Assembly: GCA_034086685.1 (NCBI GenBank)
Contig: JAXDZY010000028.1
Coordinates: 2,057-66,056 of the forward strand
Length of the DNA: 64,000 bases
From: Lachnospiraceae bacterium
GTDB taxonomy: Bacteria; Bacillota; Clostridia; Lachnospirales; Lachnospiraceae
Reading direction: 5' to 3'
The position numbers and the translations under genes were made by a program. The notes beneath the pieces were generated by a model. It was not told where the DNA came from. It did no database searches and saw nothing but the letters and a program-made list of their open reading frames with translations. Shown piece after piece: positions 54,287 to 63,836 of the stretch (its first letter is position 1; every line of letters begins with the position of its first letter).

Positions 54287-55783
54287 TTATTTATAGAAGA
54301 TATTGCCCAGCATCAGATCTTTCTTGAAATCCCTGATGTTTGTATCCTTGTCGATATAAACAGCTTCAATACCCATGGCATTTGCCCAGTCACCCATCTG
54401 TTCTGCAGTCAGGTCATAGGTGAATGCGGTATGATGTGCGCCGCCTGCCAGGATCCATGCTTCAGCGCCGGTATACAGATTCGGTTCGGGTTCCCAGAAA
54501 TTGGTAGCTACAGGAAGCTTGGGCATGGGTTTTTCATTCTTCTTGCAGTTAACATCGTTGATGATCAGACGGAAACGGTTGCCCAGATCGATCAGAGATG
54601 TTGCAATACCTTTGCCCTCCTTGGATGTAAACACAAGTCTGGCAGGATCTTCTCTGTCACCCATGGACAGAGGCTGGCACTTGATGCTGATGGGACCGTC
54701 TGCGATAGAAGGACAGATTTCCAGCATGTGAGCCTGTAAAATACCTTCTTTGCCTTTTACAAAATTGTATGTGTAATCTTCCAGCATGGAGGTACCTTTT
54801 GCATCCTTCATGCCTTCTGTCATGATCTTCATCAGTCTTACCATGGCAGCAACTTTCCAGTCACCTTCTGCACCGAAGCCGTAGCCCTTCTGCATCAGTC
54901 TCTGAATAGCCAGACCGGGCAGCTGTTTTAAGGAGCCCAGATCACCGAAATGTGTTACGATTGCATGATAATTCTTTTCATCCAGGAAACGTTCGAAGCC
55001 AAGTTCGATCTGCGCCTGTACAGCCACGTGGCGTTTGAATTCTTCGGGATCTCTTCCTTCCAGCAGGATTTCGTATCTGTCATAATATTCATCAACCAGT
55101 GCGTTGGTATCAGACTGAGATACACTGTCAACACATTCTGCAATCTCATTAACCGGATAAGTATCGATCTCCCATCCGAATTTCAGCTGTGCTTCAACTT
55201 TGTCGCCTTCTGTAACAGCTACGTTTCTCATATTATCAGCAACACGCATTACACGGATATGGCTGCTTTCGATGATACCTACAGCAGTTCTCATCCATGA
55301 GCCGATACGTTTCTGAACAGTTTCATCTGACCAGTGGCCAACAACAACCTTTCTTTCAATGCCCATTCTGGAAACAATGTGACCGTACTCTCTGTCACCA
55401 TGAGCGGACTGATTTTCGTTCATGAAATCCATGTCAATGCTGTCATAAGGAATTTCTTCGTTAAACTGTGTATGTAAATGCAGTAAAGGTTTTCTGTATT
55501 CCTGTAAACCGATGATCCATGATTTTGCAGGAGAGAAAGTATGCATCCATGTGATAACGCCGGCACATTCATCATCAGTATTGGCTTCATTGAAGGTTCT
55601 GCGGATCAGCTCATTGGTGATCAGAGTGGGTTTCCATACCACTTCATAAGGAAGAAGACCTGATTCGTTTAATTTGCCCACAATGATTTTGGAATGCTCT
55701 GCCACATGTGCCAGACATTCATCACCGTATAAATCCTGTGAACCTGTGCAAAACCAGAATTTGTAGTTTTTCTTGTTTAACAT
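54287..55783 (-). CDS. araA: L-arabinose isomerase
   Basis: 498 aa. FWFCTGSQDLYGDE, GVITWMHTFSPAK and MLEDYTY are AraA signatures. Confidence 0.9.
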   Translation of the reverse strand: MLNKKNYKFWFCTGSQDLYGDECLAHVAEHSKIIVGKLNESGLLPYEVVWKPTLITNELIRRTFNEANTDDECAGVITWMHTFSPAKSWIIGLQEYRKPLLHLHTQFNEEIPYDSIDMDFMNENQSAHGDREYGHIVSRMGIERKVVVGHWSDETVQKRIGSWMRTAVGIIESSHIRVMRVADNMRNVAVTEGDKVEAQLKFGWEIDTYPVNEIAECVDSVSQSDTNALVDEYYDRYEILLEGRDPEEFKRHVAVQAQIELGFERFLDEKNYHAIVTHFGDLGSLKQLPGLAIQRLMQKGYGFGAEGDWKVAAMVRLMKIMTEGMKDAKGTSMLEDYTYNFVKGKEGILQAHMLEICPSIADGPISIKCQPLSMGDREDPARLVFTSKEGKGIATSLIDLGNRFRLIINDVNCKKNEKPMPKLPVATNFWEPEPNLYTGAEAWILAGGAHHTAFTYDLTAEQMGDWANAMGIEAVYIDKDTNIRDFKKDLMLGNIFYK

Positions 55784-55834
55784 GTTTTGTTCCTCACTTT
55801 CTTTTATTTGAAGATAAAATGTTTTTAGAAGTTA

Positions 55835-55850
55835 CAATAAATATTTATTG
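55835..55850. promoter_or_regulatory. perfect 16-bp palindrome CAATAAATATTTATTG in the araA promoter region; candidate operator
   Basis: Read directly. On the minus strand it overlaps a putative TTGAAA-N17-TATTTA promoter for araA. It lies in the divergent region shared with the AraC-type regulator. Confidence 0.45.
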
Positions 55851-56068
55851 ACAATTGTTTTTTCAACCGCCATATTCAGTGTTTTCTTTTATGATTCCAT
55901 TTTATACAATTCCTGATTTTCCAGCAATTTCATAAGCTTACTATTCCCATAAAAAAGTTACCTATTCCGACCAGTTCATTATTGTCTTAACGAAAAAATG
56001 TGTTATAATATCTGTAATCGTTCATGTTTTCTGAACAGATTTTTATTTTTATTCCGGAGGATCTGATT

Positions 56069-57124
56069 TTGAAATTAACAGAACTGTGCAGACAGATTAC
56101 CGGTTCCGACTGCCGGCAGCTGGATCAGAACCATCATCTGAGCAGCCGCCTGGTATGTCCGGAATATTCCAAATCCGTAAAGGAAGTGAAGGTCTATCCC
56201 CTGCTGTCTTCCGAACGGATCTTTTTCCTGTGCTGGGTTTTTCACAAATCCGCTCTTCTGCGGGCCTCCATGTACCCTTCCCCGGAGAAATTCTGCTATC
56301 CTTTCCATTTTAAGGACGGGGACAAAACCCAGCGTCATACCCATGATTACATCGAGCTGGGATATGTGGTTCAGGGTACCTTTAAACAGCGTATCTGCGA
56401 AAAAGACATTGTTTTTCAGGAAGGTGACTTCTATATGATCGATAAAAACTGTATCCACCAGGACTATCTGATGGATCAGCCTTCCACTGTGATTTTCTTT
56501 GGAATTGACAATGAAATGTTCCAGGAAATCGTAGACGAGAACATTACAACGGAGAAAATCATCTTCTTTCTGCAGACGGCTCTCATGAAGCAGAAAGACC
56601 TTCAGCAGTATATCCATTTCCGACCCACAGCCGGAGCCAGAGAAAAAATGGAAACCTGCATCTTGCAGCTTCTGCAGGAGCTTTATGAACCGCAGACCGG
56701 CTCCAGCTATCTCTGCAAGGGACTTCTTTTGCGCATTTTCCGGCTGTTAAGTACCGATTATGATTTTTCTCTGTCCAGAGAGCAGCAGAAAACCATGAAC
56801 TGGATCGTATTCGAAGAGGTATGCAACTATATTCAGGACCACTATCAGACGGTCACAATACAGGACCTGATCAATGTTTTCCATTTTCAGGAGGATTATT
56901 TCAACAGACTGATCAAAAAGAAAACCGGCATCACCTATTCCGCTTACGTTCAGAATATCCGACTGAAAAAAGCCGAACAGCTCCTGCTTCAGACAGATAA
57001 CAGCGTATCTGACATTGCAGAACTGGTCGGCTACCATAACAAGGGATATTTTTATAAAATTTTCTCAGAAAAATACAATATGACACCGGCAAAATACAGA
57101 GAAAGCAGCAAACGTACTCACTGA
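56069..57124 (+). CDS. AraC-family transcriptional regulator (cupin sensor + HTH)
   Basis: The C-terminal DIAELVGYHNKGYFYKIFSEKYNMTPAKYR is an AraC HTH, and HTHDYIELGYVVQG is cupin-like. The TTG start at 56069 is preferred (GGAGGA 7 nt upstream). The ORF-track ATG 56024 sits only about 14 nt after a TGnTATAAT box (55999..56010). Confidence 0.8.
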   Translation: MKLTELCRQITGSDCRQLDQNHHLSSRLVCPEYSKSVKEVKVYPLLSSERIFFLCWVFHKSALLRASMYPSPEKFCYPFHFKDGDKTQRHTHDYIELGYVVQGTFKQRICEKDIVFQEGDFYMIDKNCIHQDYLMDQPSTVIFFGIDNEMFQEIVDENITTEKIIFFLQTALMKQKDLQQYIHFRPTAGAREKMETCILQLLQELYEPQTGSSYLCKGLLLRIFRLLSTDYDFSLSREQQKTMNWIVFEEVCNYIQDHYQTVTIQDLINVFHFQEDYFNRLIKKKTGITYSAYVQNIRLKKAEQLLLQTDNSVSDIAELVGYHNKGYFYKIFSEKYNMTPAKYRESSKRTH

Positions 57125-57125
57125 A

Positions 57126-57335
57126 TCAATGTTTTGTTTTCAGTAATTCTGCCAGTCTCGCCAATCCTTCTGCCAGAAAAACAATACTGAGCAGAATTAC
57201 AGGAAACCAGGCTGTGTGAACTGTCATCGGATATGGTAACACCAGACTTAAAATTAAAACGGCTGCTGCCGCAATAATCGTAATCACACACTGTAAAATA
57301 CTGTCTTCATGCAGCTGAATCATTCTGTTATCCAT
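57126..57335 (-). CDS. small two-helix membrane protein (hypothetical)
   Basis: 69 aa with two hydrophobic segments. RBS GGGAGG 8 nt upstream. The stop is 1 nt from the convergent AraC stop. Confidence 0.4.
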   Translation of the reverse strand: MDNRMIQLHEDSILQCVITIIAAAAVLILSLVLPYPMTVHTAWFPVILLSIVFLAEGLARLAELLKTKH

Positions 57336-57481
57336 AACACCAACCTCCCGTAAACTGATGTGCCTTCAGCTTCAAAACAGCTGTCGGCGTTTTTATACCT
57401 TATACCCCTAATGGGTATGTCTGCACTGTTATTGTATATGCAGAATGAAAAAAGGTCAAGACATTTTTTTGTAAAAAGTGC

Positions 57482-57510
57482 TTGACAGATCAGAAAATGT
57501 ATAGTATGAT
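57482..57510 (+). promoter_or_regulatory. promoter of tRNA-Gly copy 2
   Basis: TTGACA (57482..57487), 17-nt spacer, TATGAT (57505..57510). Same hexamers and spacing as copy 1. Confidence 0.6.
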
Positions 57511-57546
57511 ATGTTTCGTTCGAGAGAACAGAAGTTAGCATGAGAT

Positions 57547-57618
57547 GCGCGAGTGGCTCAGTGGTGGAGTATCGCCTTGCCAAGGCGAGGGTCGCGGGTT
57601 CGAATCCCGTCTCGCGCT
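57547..57618 (+). tRNA. tRNA-Gly (anticodon GCC), identical to the copy at 31135..31206
   Basis: The 72-nt sequence is identical to copy 1 on reading. Confidence 0.9.
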
Positions 57619-57621
57619 TTA

Positions 57622-57661
57622 CAAAAAAACAGATGGTTACATTGTAACCATCTGTTTTTTG
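57622..57661. terminator. bidirectional rho-independent terminator (tRNA-Gly copy 2 / YesL operon)
   Basis: A7-CAGATGGTTAC...GTAACCATCTG-T6. Closely related to the copy-1 terminator. Confidence 0.75.
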
Positions 57662-57672
57662 TTGAGTCCGTA

Positions 57673-58317
57673 TCATTTTTCCTCCAGTTCTTTTTGAAGG
57701 TCTTCCGGTCTCATATATTTTCTGAATATTCTTTCCAGTATCAGATTCTGAAAAAGTCCGAATCCTCCCGGGAATATGATGAGCAGGGACTGTATGTTAT
57801 TGCAGATAAACACACACGCCACAAAAACCACAACAAGGAGTGCTGACCATCCGATATTGACAATCATAAAAACAAAGGATTTCTGCAGTGCCTCTCTGAT
57901 ACCCCCTTCAAATCTTGCCATATAGGGGAAAACATAGAATACCCATGCCAGAGCCGCTGCTGACAGTACCAGAAAGAAATAATACAGCATGCCCAGCGGG
58001 GACTCCTGCTGCAATACCTGTTTCATGAGATTTACATCCAGGAACAGAAAAACTGCGAGAACAAGAAAAATCAGCCATGTTAATGTGGATTTTTTTAAAG
58101 CATTTTTAAATGCCGGAAAATATTCTTTCCATACATAGCTTCTTCCTTTGCGTATGCATTTGTTTACAGTATAATATAACGCAGCCGAAGATGCCCCTAT
58201 GGTAATGATGGGAATGCTGGTAACGATCCACAGCACACTTGCCAGGAGGCAATCCGCAAAAATGTTCATAACCTGAATGAATTTATTAGTTTCGTAATTT
58301 AAATTTAATCCTGTCAT
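57673..58317 (-). CDS. YesL-family (DUF624) membrane protein
   Basis: Start at MTGLNLNYETNKF (ATG 58317, RBS AGGGGGA). ADCLLASVLWIVTSIPIITIGASSAALYYTVNKCIR is the DUF624 hallmark. Confidence 0.8.
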   Translation of the reverse strand: MTGLNLNYETNKFIQVMNIFADCLLASVLWIVTSIPIITIGASSAALYYTVNKCIRKGRSYVWKEYFPAFKNALKKSTLTWLIFLVLAVFLFLDVNLMKQVLQQESPLGMLYYFFLVLSAAALAWVFYVFPYMARFEGGIREALQKSFVFMIVNIGWSALLVVVFVACVFICNNIQSLLIIFPGGFGLFQNLILERIFRKYMRPEDLQKELEEK

Positions 58318-58476
58318 TTGATTCCCCCTGATAAATAATCTGCGGCTGTTCAGAGCCGGGCGGATTTTCATAAAACCGACAGAGATACCCCGAAATACCG
58401 ACAGGCATTTCAGGGTATCTTCACTTCAGGATATACCTGTTTCATTTTTACAATAACTCAGCTCTGCTGAATTATT

Positions 58477-59997
58477 TTATTTTTTCAAGCGAATACAGAT
58501 AATACTGCATGCCGGCAGTCTGAAAGAAACACCACTTTCTGTCTTCCTGTAGTCAGTAAAAATCTCTTCTGTAACCACATCCGGATTTTCAAATGTGTTA
58601 TGAGCATCCATTTTACCGGTTACAATCCGTGCTTCACAAACCTGATATAAGGCGCCGTCTTTTGCAAGCTTCACTTCCACATCTTCAGAAGCTTCCAGAG
58701 AATTATTGGTCACTGTAATTGTAATAATTCCATCCTGGTCCTCAGATACGGATTCGATCAGCTTCGGCAGCTCATTTACTCCGGAACCTACCGTACTGTT
58801 GCCTGCCAGATCGCTCTTCAAAAGGCTGGCCCCCTGATGATGCCGGTACATATGGAAGATATAATAGGTGGGAGTCCTGATCATCTTTTCACCGTCCGTC
58901 AGTATAACAGACTGCAGTACATTGATCAGCTGCGCAATGCAGGCCATTTTTACACGATCTGCATGCTTATTGAAAATGTTCAGTGTCATACCGGCCACCA
59001 GAGCATCACGCATGGTATTCTGCTGATACAGGAAACCGGGATTGGTTCCAGGTTCCACATCAGTCCAGATTCCCCACTCATCAACAATCAGTCCGATCTT
59101 TTTATCCGGATCATATTCATCCATGATCGCACCGTGTCTGTTAATCAGTTCATCCATGAAATATCCTCTTCTCAGAGTCTGATAGAAGATATCCTCAGTA
59201 AATACAGTGGCACTTCCCTTCTTTTCCCAGTCATCTTCCACTTCCGGAAGTGTATAATAATGAAGAGAAAGCCCATCCATATACCCGTGATATCTGGATT
59301 TTGTGTGATCAAAACAGGTATCCAGAACAATCTTCGTCCACTCGTAATCGTCTATGTTTGCTCCGCAGCAGATTTTTGCAATCGGCCGGCTGCCCTTATA
59401 ATCTCTCACATAGGTCTGATATCTGCGATATTCATCAGCATAATGCTGCGGACGCATATTGCCGCCGCATCCCCAGTTTTCATTACCGATACCGGCATAA
59501 TCCACAACCCAGGGTTCCTCATGACCGTTCTGTTTACGAAGCTCTGCCATGGGGGAGACTCCGTTGAACGTCATATATTCAATCCATTCGCTCATCTCGC
59601 GGACAGTTCCGCTGCCCAGATTCAGATTAATATAGGTTTTGCATCCCAGCTGACGGCACAATTCAAAAAACTCATGAGTTCCGAAGCTGTTATCCTCCAC
59701 AACACCGCCCCAGTGTGTGTTGATCATCTTCTTTCTGGATTCCTTCGGTCCGATTCCGTCCATCCAATGATACTCATCTGCAAAACATCCGCCCGGCCAG
59801 CGAAGCACCGGAAGCTTCATCTCTTTCAGAGCTTCCACCACATCGGTACGCATACCGTTTACATTGGGGATATCAGAATTTTCTCCTACATACAAGCCCT
59901 CATAGATACATCTTCCCAGATGTTCGGAAAAATGTCCGTAAATTTCAGGAGCAATCGTAACATCCTTCTGTTCGTTGTTGATAATAAGTTTTGCCAT
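58477..59997 (-). CDS. abfA: alpha-L-arabinofuranosidase, GH51 (copy 2)
   Basis: Start at [10 protein letters not shown] (ATG 59997, RBS GGAGGAA). Same GH51 motifs as copy 1, with roughly three quarters of residues identical by eye. Confidence 0.9.
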   Translation of the reverse strand: MAKLIINNEQKDVTIAPEIYGHFSEHLGRCIYEGLYVGENSDIPNVNGMRTDVVEALKEMKLPVLRWPGGCFADEYHWMDGIGPKESRKKMINTHWGGVVEDNSFGTHEFFELCRQLGCKTYINLNLGSGTVREMSEWIEYMTFNGVSPMAELRKQNGHEEPWVVDYAGIGNENWGCGGNMRPQHYADEYRRYQTYVRDYKGSRPIAKICCGANIDDYEWTKIVLDTCFDHTKSRYHGYMDGLSLHYYTLPEVEDDWEKKGSATVFTEDIFYQTLRRGYFMDELINRHGAIMDEYDPDKKIGLIVDEWGIWTDVEPGTNPGFLYQQNTMRDALVAGMTLNIFNKHADRVKMACIAQLINVLQSVILTDGEKMIRTPTYYIFHMYRHHQGASLLKSDLAGNSTVGSGVNELPKLIESVSEDQDGIITITVTNNSLEASEDVEVKLAKDGALYQVCEARIVTGKMDAHNTFENPDVVTEEIFTDYRKTESGVSFRLPACSIICIRLKK

Positions 59998-60011
59998 AGT
60001 TCCTCCAAAAA

Positions 60012-60899
60012 TCAACCCTTAACAGCACCTGCTGTCATACCATCAATGATGTACTTCTGGAAAACCAGGAAAATGATAAAGATCGGAAGGATACCGAACA
60101 TGGAACCTGCAATCAGTACATCATAGTTGTTGCCGTAGGGGGTAAGTAATGTATTCAGACCGATGGGAAGGGTAAATTTCTCAGCACCCTTCAATACCAG
60201 CAAAGGCCACAGAATTGCATTCCACGTTCCCATTGCACTCAGAATACCCATGGAAGCAAATGCCGGTTTTGTCAGCGGAAGAATAATTTTTACCGCAATA
60301 CCGTATTCTGTAGCACCATCGATACGGCCTGCACTCAGAAGGTCTTTCGGAAGACCGCCCAGATACTGCCGGAAGAAGAAGATCGTGGATGCGTTGCATA
60401 TACCTGTGATAATTACACCTGTATATGTATCGATCAGTCCCAGGGCAATAATTTCCTTGTACAGAGGCAGCATCAGAATTTCAAAAGGAACCATCATGGT
60501 AGCAATTACAAGGAAAAACAGAAGATTTTTCAGCTTGAAATTGTACATGGTCAGACCATAGGCTATAAAATAACATATCAAAAGAGTCAGAACCACAGTA
60601 ACAATGGTGATGATAAGAGAGTTCTTATACCACATGAAATATTTCTGGCTGTCTGCATTGCCGGAGAACAGATAAGTGTAGTTAGCAAGACTCATGGTGG
60701 AGATATCAAGGTTAATTGCAAGACCGCGGCGGATCAGTTCCGTACCGGGACGGAAAGATGCCAGCAATCCGGCAAATACCGGGAAAATAATAATTGCACA
60801 AAGAAGTACAAAAAATCCGGTTCCCAGAATCACCCCGATTTTATGCATGGGTTTATCATTAATGGAGCGAACTTTATTTTTATCTGCCATAATCATCAA
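60012..60899 (-). CDS. carbohydrate ABC transporter permease (AraQ/MalG-like)
   Basis: 295 aa. EAA loop [20 protein letters not shown]. Confidence 0.85.
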   Translation of the reverse strand: MMIMADKNKVRSINDKPMHKIGVILGTGFFVLLCAIIIFPVFAGLLASFRPGTELIRRGLAINLDISTMSLANYTYLFSGNADSQKYFMWYKNSLIITIVTVVLTLLICYFIAYGLTMYNFKLKNLLFFLVIATMMVPFEILMLPLYKEIIALGLIDTYTGVIITGICNASTIFFFRQYLGGLPKDLLSAGRIDGATEYGIAVKIILPLTKPAFASMGILSAMGTWNAILWPLLVLKGAEKFTLPIGLNTLLTPYGNNYDVLIAGSMFGILPIFIIFLVFQKYIIDGMTAGAVKG

Positions 60900-61801
60900 T
60901 CCTCCCCATCCTTAAATGTTCCGTTCATGATCAGCTGTGCAACATTGATAACCAGTGCAATTACCAGAAGAACCACACCGACCGCACACGCATAACCCAT
61001 ATCATTTTTCTCGATACCGCGCTTATACAGATAACCTACAATGGTCAGACCGATATTGTTCGGTGAATTGTTTCCCGCCCATAACATGTAGGATTCCAGG
61101 AACATGGACAGGCCTGCATAAATGGAAATCGTTAAAACGTAAATTGTGGTAGGCTTCAGCAGCGGGAGTGTTATGTAGCGGAATTTCTGGAAGCTGGAAG
61201 CACCGTCAATATCCGCCGCTTCGTACAGTGACGAATCGATGGATTTCAGCCCCGACAGGAAATACAGCATATTGACACCCAGCCATCTCCAGCATGCCAC
61301 AACCAGCAGTGCAGCCATACCGGACCATCCCATCTTCAGCCATTTGAATGTTCCCAGACCAAGCATCTGGGTCAGCTGATTCATCTGACCTGTGGGGTAC
61401 TCTGTGAACATCAGACGGAACAGAGTACCGGAGATAACTACTGATGTCAGAGCAGGCATATAAAGAATGGCTTTCCAGACACCTTTCGCTTTAACCAGAT
61501 TACTGTCCAGCAGCACAGCGAAAATCATGGGGAAAGGAATCAGCAGAACCAGTGTCCCCAGCATATATGTTGCGCTGTTCTTAATGGCAATAAGAAATAC
61601 CTTATCTTTCAAAAGCTTTGTATAGTTTGCCAGACCCACAAATTCCTTGGAAATTGCCCCAATATCAAAAAAACTCATGGATACCGCAGAGAACAGCGGA
61701 TAGATCCAGAAGAAAATAAAGCTGAGAATAAAAGGTACTACAAAAACATAGGGAGCTACCTTTTGTGAATATAAAATGTTTTTCTTAGTCTTCAAAAACA
61801 A
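60896..61801 (-). CDS. sugar ABC transporter permease (AraP/MalF-like)
   Basis: 301 aa. EAA loop EAADIDGASSFQKFRYITLP. Confidence 0.85.
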   Translation of the reverse strand: MFLKTKKNILYSQKVAPYVFVVPFILSFIFFWIYPLFSAVSMSFFDIGAISKEFVGLANYTKLLKDKVFLIAIKNSATYMLGTLVLLIPFPMIFAVLLDSNLVKAKGVWKAILYMPALTSVVISGTLFRLMFTEYPTGQMNQLTQMLGLGTFKWLKMGWSGMAALLVVACWRWLGVNMLYFLSGLKSIDSSLYEAADIDGASSFQKFRYITLPLLKPTTIYVLTISIYAGLSMFLESYMLWAGNNSPNNIGLTIVGYLYKRGIEKNDMGYACAVGVVLLVIALVINVAQLIMNGTFKDGED

Positions 61802-61952
61802 AAACCTTCTTTCCCTTTTTTATAAGGCTTCCCGTAGTAAACCTTACAAAGTAAAGGGGATGACGGAGTACGAATCCCACGTCATCCCCTCTGATTCACA
61901 TATTAACTGCAATTGTTTCCGTTATTACAATTAACTGTCGTCCGGACCGGAA

Positions 61953-63374
61953 TTACTGCTCCATATCTACTGCATCCTGCAATTCCTGAAGAGCATCATC
62001 CACACTGTAGGCAGGATCTTCCAGAACCTGATTCAGAGTCGTATTGCATACATACTCGTTGATTGTCGGGCTGATCGATACTACAGAAATCTTACCGATA
62101 TTATCCATTCCGATATCATTCAGCACATCGTAAGGATAGTTGATAAAGAACTTATTGTACTGGTTATTGTCATCATGTGCAAATGCATCGTTATCCCACA
62201 TAGCTGTGTTGCAAACATCGAATCCAAGTGTATCCCAGATATTCTGTTCACCTTCTTCAGACATCTTAGCCCAGCAGAGGAACTCAGCTGACAGTTCAGC
62301 TGCCTGAGACTGCTGTGTTACAACAGTACCTGTACCGCCGATACCAACGGAACACTTCTGTCCAGCTTCAAATACAGGGCATTTTGCAATATACCAGTTT
62401 CCGCTTTCTTCAGGCATGTAGTTTGTGAAACGGCTCATATACCACATAGCCTTCGGGAAAGAAACGATATTGTGATCCAGGATATTCTGGAAGCCTGCTT
62501 CCAGGTCAACATGTCCGTCCGGAGAAACCTGTGCCAGACCGCTTGTCAGCCAGGACTGCTGCATCTCCAGCATCTTCTTTACAGATTCAAGCTGTACATT
62601 TGCAGGATTTTCAAATCCGCCGGTCCAGTCATCACCGTACTCAGCCATAGCCAGCCACAGCCAGTCGGTTCCGGCTGTATCAACAGATGTCCAGTATTTG
62701 CTGTCTTCGGAAACAGCTGCCAGATATTCTTCACCCAGCTTCTGATAATCATCCCATGTAACTACGGAATCAATCTTCGCAATGGTATCTTCCTGAGAAA
62801 TACCCATTGCATCTGCCATTGCAGCTACATTGTAGTACATAACGGTTGCACCTACGTGATAAGGAGCACCATAGTATTTTCCATCTTCTCCCATGTATGT
62901 TTCCATACGGGCAGTAACCATGGTATCCAGATAGTCAGCTGCATAATCATTCAAAGGAACAAGCCATGTATCCAGACCTTCTACAACGTTGGGGAACTGT
63001 CCAACTTCAACGTCGCAGATATCCGGAGCACCTGTTCCTGCTTCCAGAGCAGTAAGAAGTTTTGTATGCATATCAGCATAAGGATATGTAGTACAGGTAA
63101 TTTCAATGGTCTGATCCGGATGCTGTTCATTCCAGACCTCTGCCATGGTACCGTAATGCTGAGCGTGAAGTTCAACGAATGTCCACATCTCAAGATGAGT
63201 ACCATTGGGATCACCATAGGTGTTGGTCACTACTTCTGATTCCGCGGATCCTTCTGCGGCAGTTTCACCGGCAGTAGAATCAGCAGCGGAACCGCTGCCG
63301 GAATTACCGCAGCCGGTCACCAGAGCACCGACCATTGCTGTGCATAACAACGCACTCAATAATCTTTTCTTCAT
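61953..63374 (-). CDS. extracellular solute-binding lipoprotein (AraN-like sugar SBP)
   Basis: 473 aa. Lipobox VTGCGNSG. First gene of the SBP-permease-permease-GH51-YesL operon. Confidence 0.85.
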   Translation of the reverse strand: MKKRLLSALLCTAMVGALVTGCGNSGSGSAADSTAGETAAEGSAESEVVTNTYGDPNGTHLEMWTFVELHAQHYGTMAEVWNEQHPDQTIEITCTTYPYADMHTKLLTALEAGTGAPDICDVEVGQFPNVVEGLDTWLVPLNDYAADYLDTMVTARMETYMGEDGKYYGAPYHVGATVMYYNVAAMADAMGISQEDTIAKIDSVVTWDDYQKLGEEYLAAVSEDSKYWTSVDTAGTDWLWLAMAEYGDDWTGGFENPANVQLESVKKMLEMQQSWLTSGLAQVSPDGHVDLEAGFQNILDHNIVSFPKAMWYMSRFTNYMPEESGNWYIAKCPVFEAGQKCSVGIGGTGTVVTQQSQAAELSAEFLCWAKMSEEGEQNIWDTLGFDVCNTAMWDNDAFAHDDNNQYNKFFINYPYDVLNDIGMDNIGKISVVSISPTINEYVCNTTLNQVLEDPAYSVDDALQELQDAVDMEQ

Positions 63375-63504
63375 AAAATGCCTCCTTGTGATAAAAATAC
63401 TCTTATTCCGTTATCGTAATCCACTACATTATTGTTAAAAACGCCGGGGGCTTACAGGCCTTTTGTACAATTTTATACCGAATACGAACAACGTTTGTGT
63501 AAAT

Positions 63505-63559
63505 AATATACAATATTCCAATTTGCTTGTCAATAGTTATTTTAGTTTTTTATAAAATA
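63505..63559 (-). promoter_or_regulatory. promoter B of the AraNPQ-like operon with the same inverted repeat
   Basis: Minus strand reads TATTTTA-TAAAAAAC-TAAAATA-ACTA-TTGACA-N17-TATATT. The inverted repeat is at 63538..63559, the -35 at 63528..63533 and the -10 at 63505..63510. Confidence 0.6.
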
Positions 63560-63728
63560 TTTGAATTTTAAATATTATTTATGCACGAAAACGTTATTTA
63601 TATCGCATATATCCCTATTAAACTATCAATTATGTGCAAAAATACCTGTATTTTGTTTTTTATTTTACTTTTTGTTAAAACAATATCATAATAAATAATT
63701 TTTATTACAGTAGCCGGTCGAACGTGCC

Positions 63729-63775
63729 AAAAAACGGAGCTGCCGCATGAAATTATTGCGACAACCCCGTTTTTG
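63729..63775 (-). terminator. rho-independent terminator of the partial gene at the right edge
   Basis: Minus strand reads AAAAACGGGGTTGTCGCA, a loop, then TGCGGCAGCTCCGTTTTTT. Confidence 0.6.
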
Positions 63776-63836
63776 CCGTGATATGCTGTCATATACAGAC
63801 TGATCAATTACCGGATTTCTTCTGCCCCGCTTTCAC

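Noticed and set aside
31068-57661. The tRNA-flanked 26-kb block as a classical integrated genomic island or prophage
   Set aside because: No integrase, recombinase, transposase or phage gene lies anywhere in the block. Both tRNAs are complete genes with their own promoters, not a full tRNA plus a partial att duplicate. It is kept only as a possible recombination substrate (see findings).
57320-57676. 118-aa minus-strand ORF overlapping tRNA-Gly copy 2 (and 31231..31431 next to copy 1)
   Set aside because: It reads through a tRNA gene, its promoter and its terminator. The peptide similarity between the two loci merely reflects the duplicated tRNA unit.
58837-60126. 429-aa ORF antisense to GH51 copy 2
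   Set aside because: It is a shadow of a strongly supported GH51 gene on the minus strand. It has no RBS and an implausible composition.
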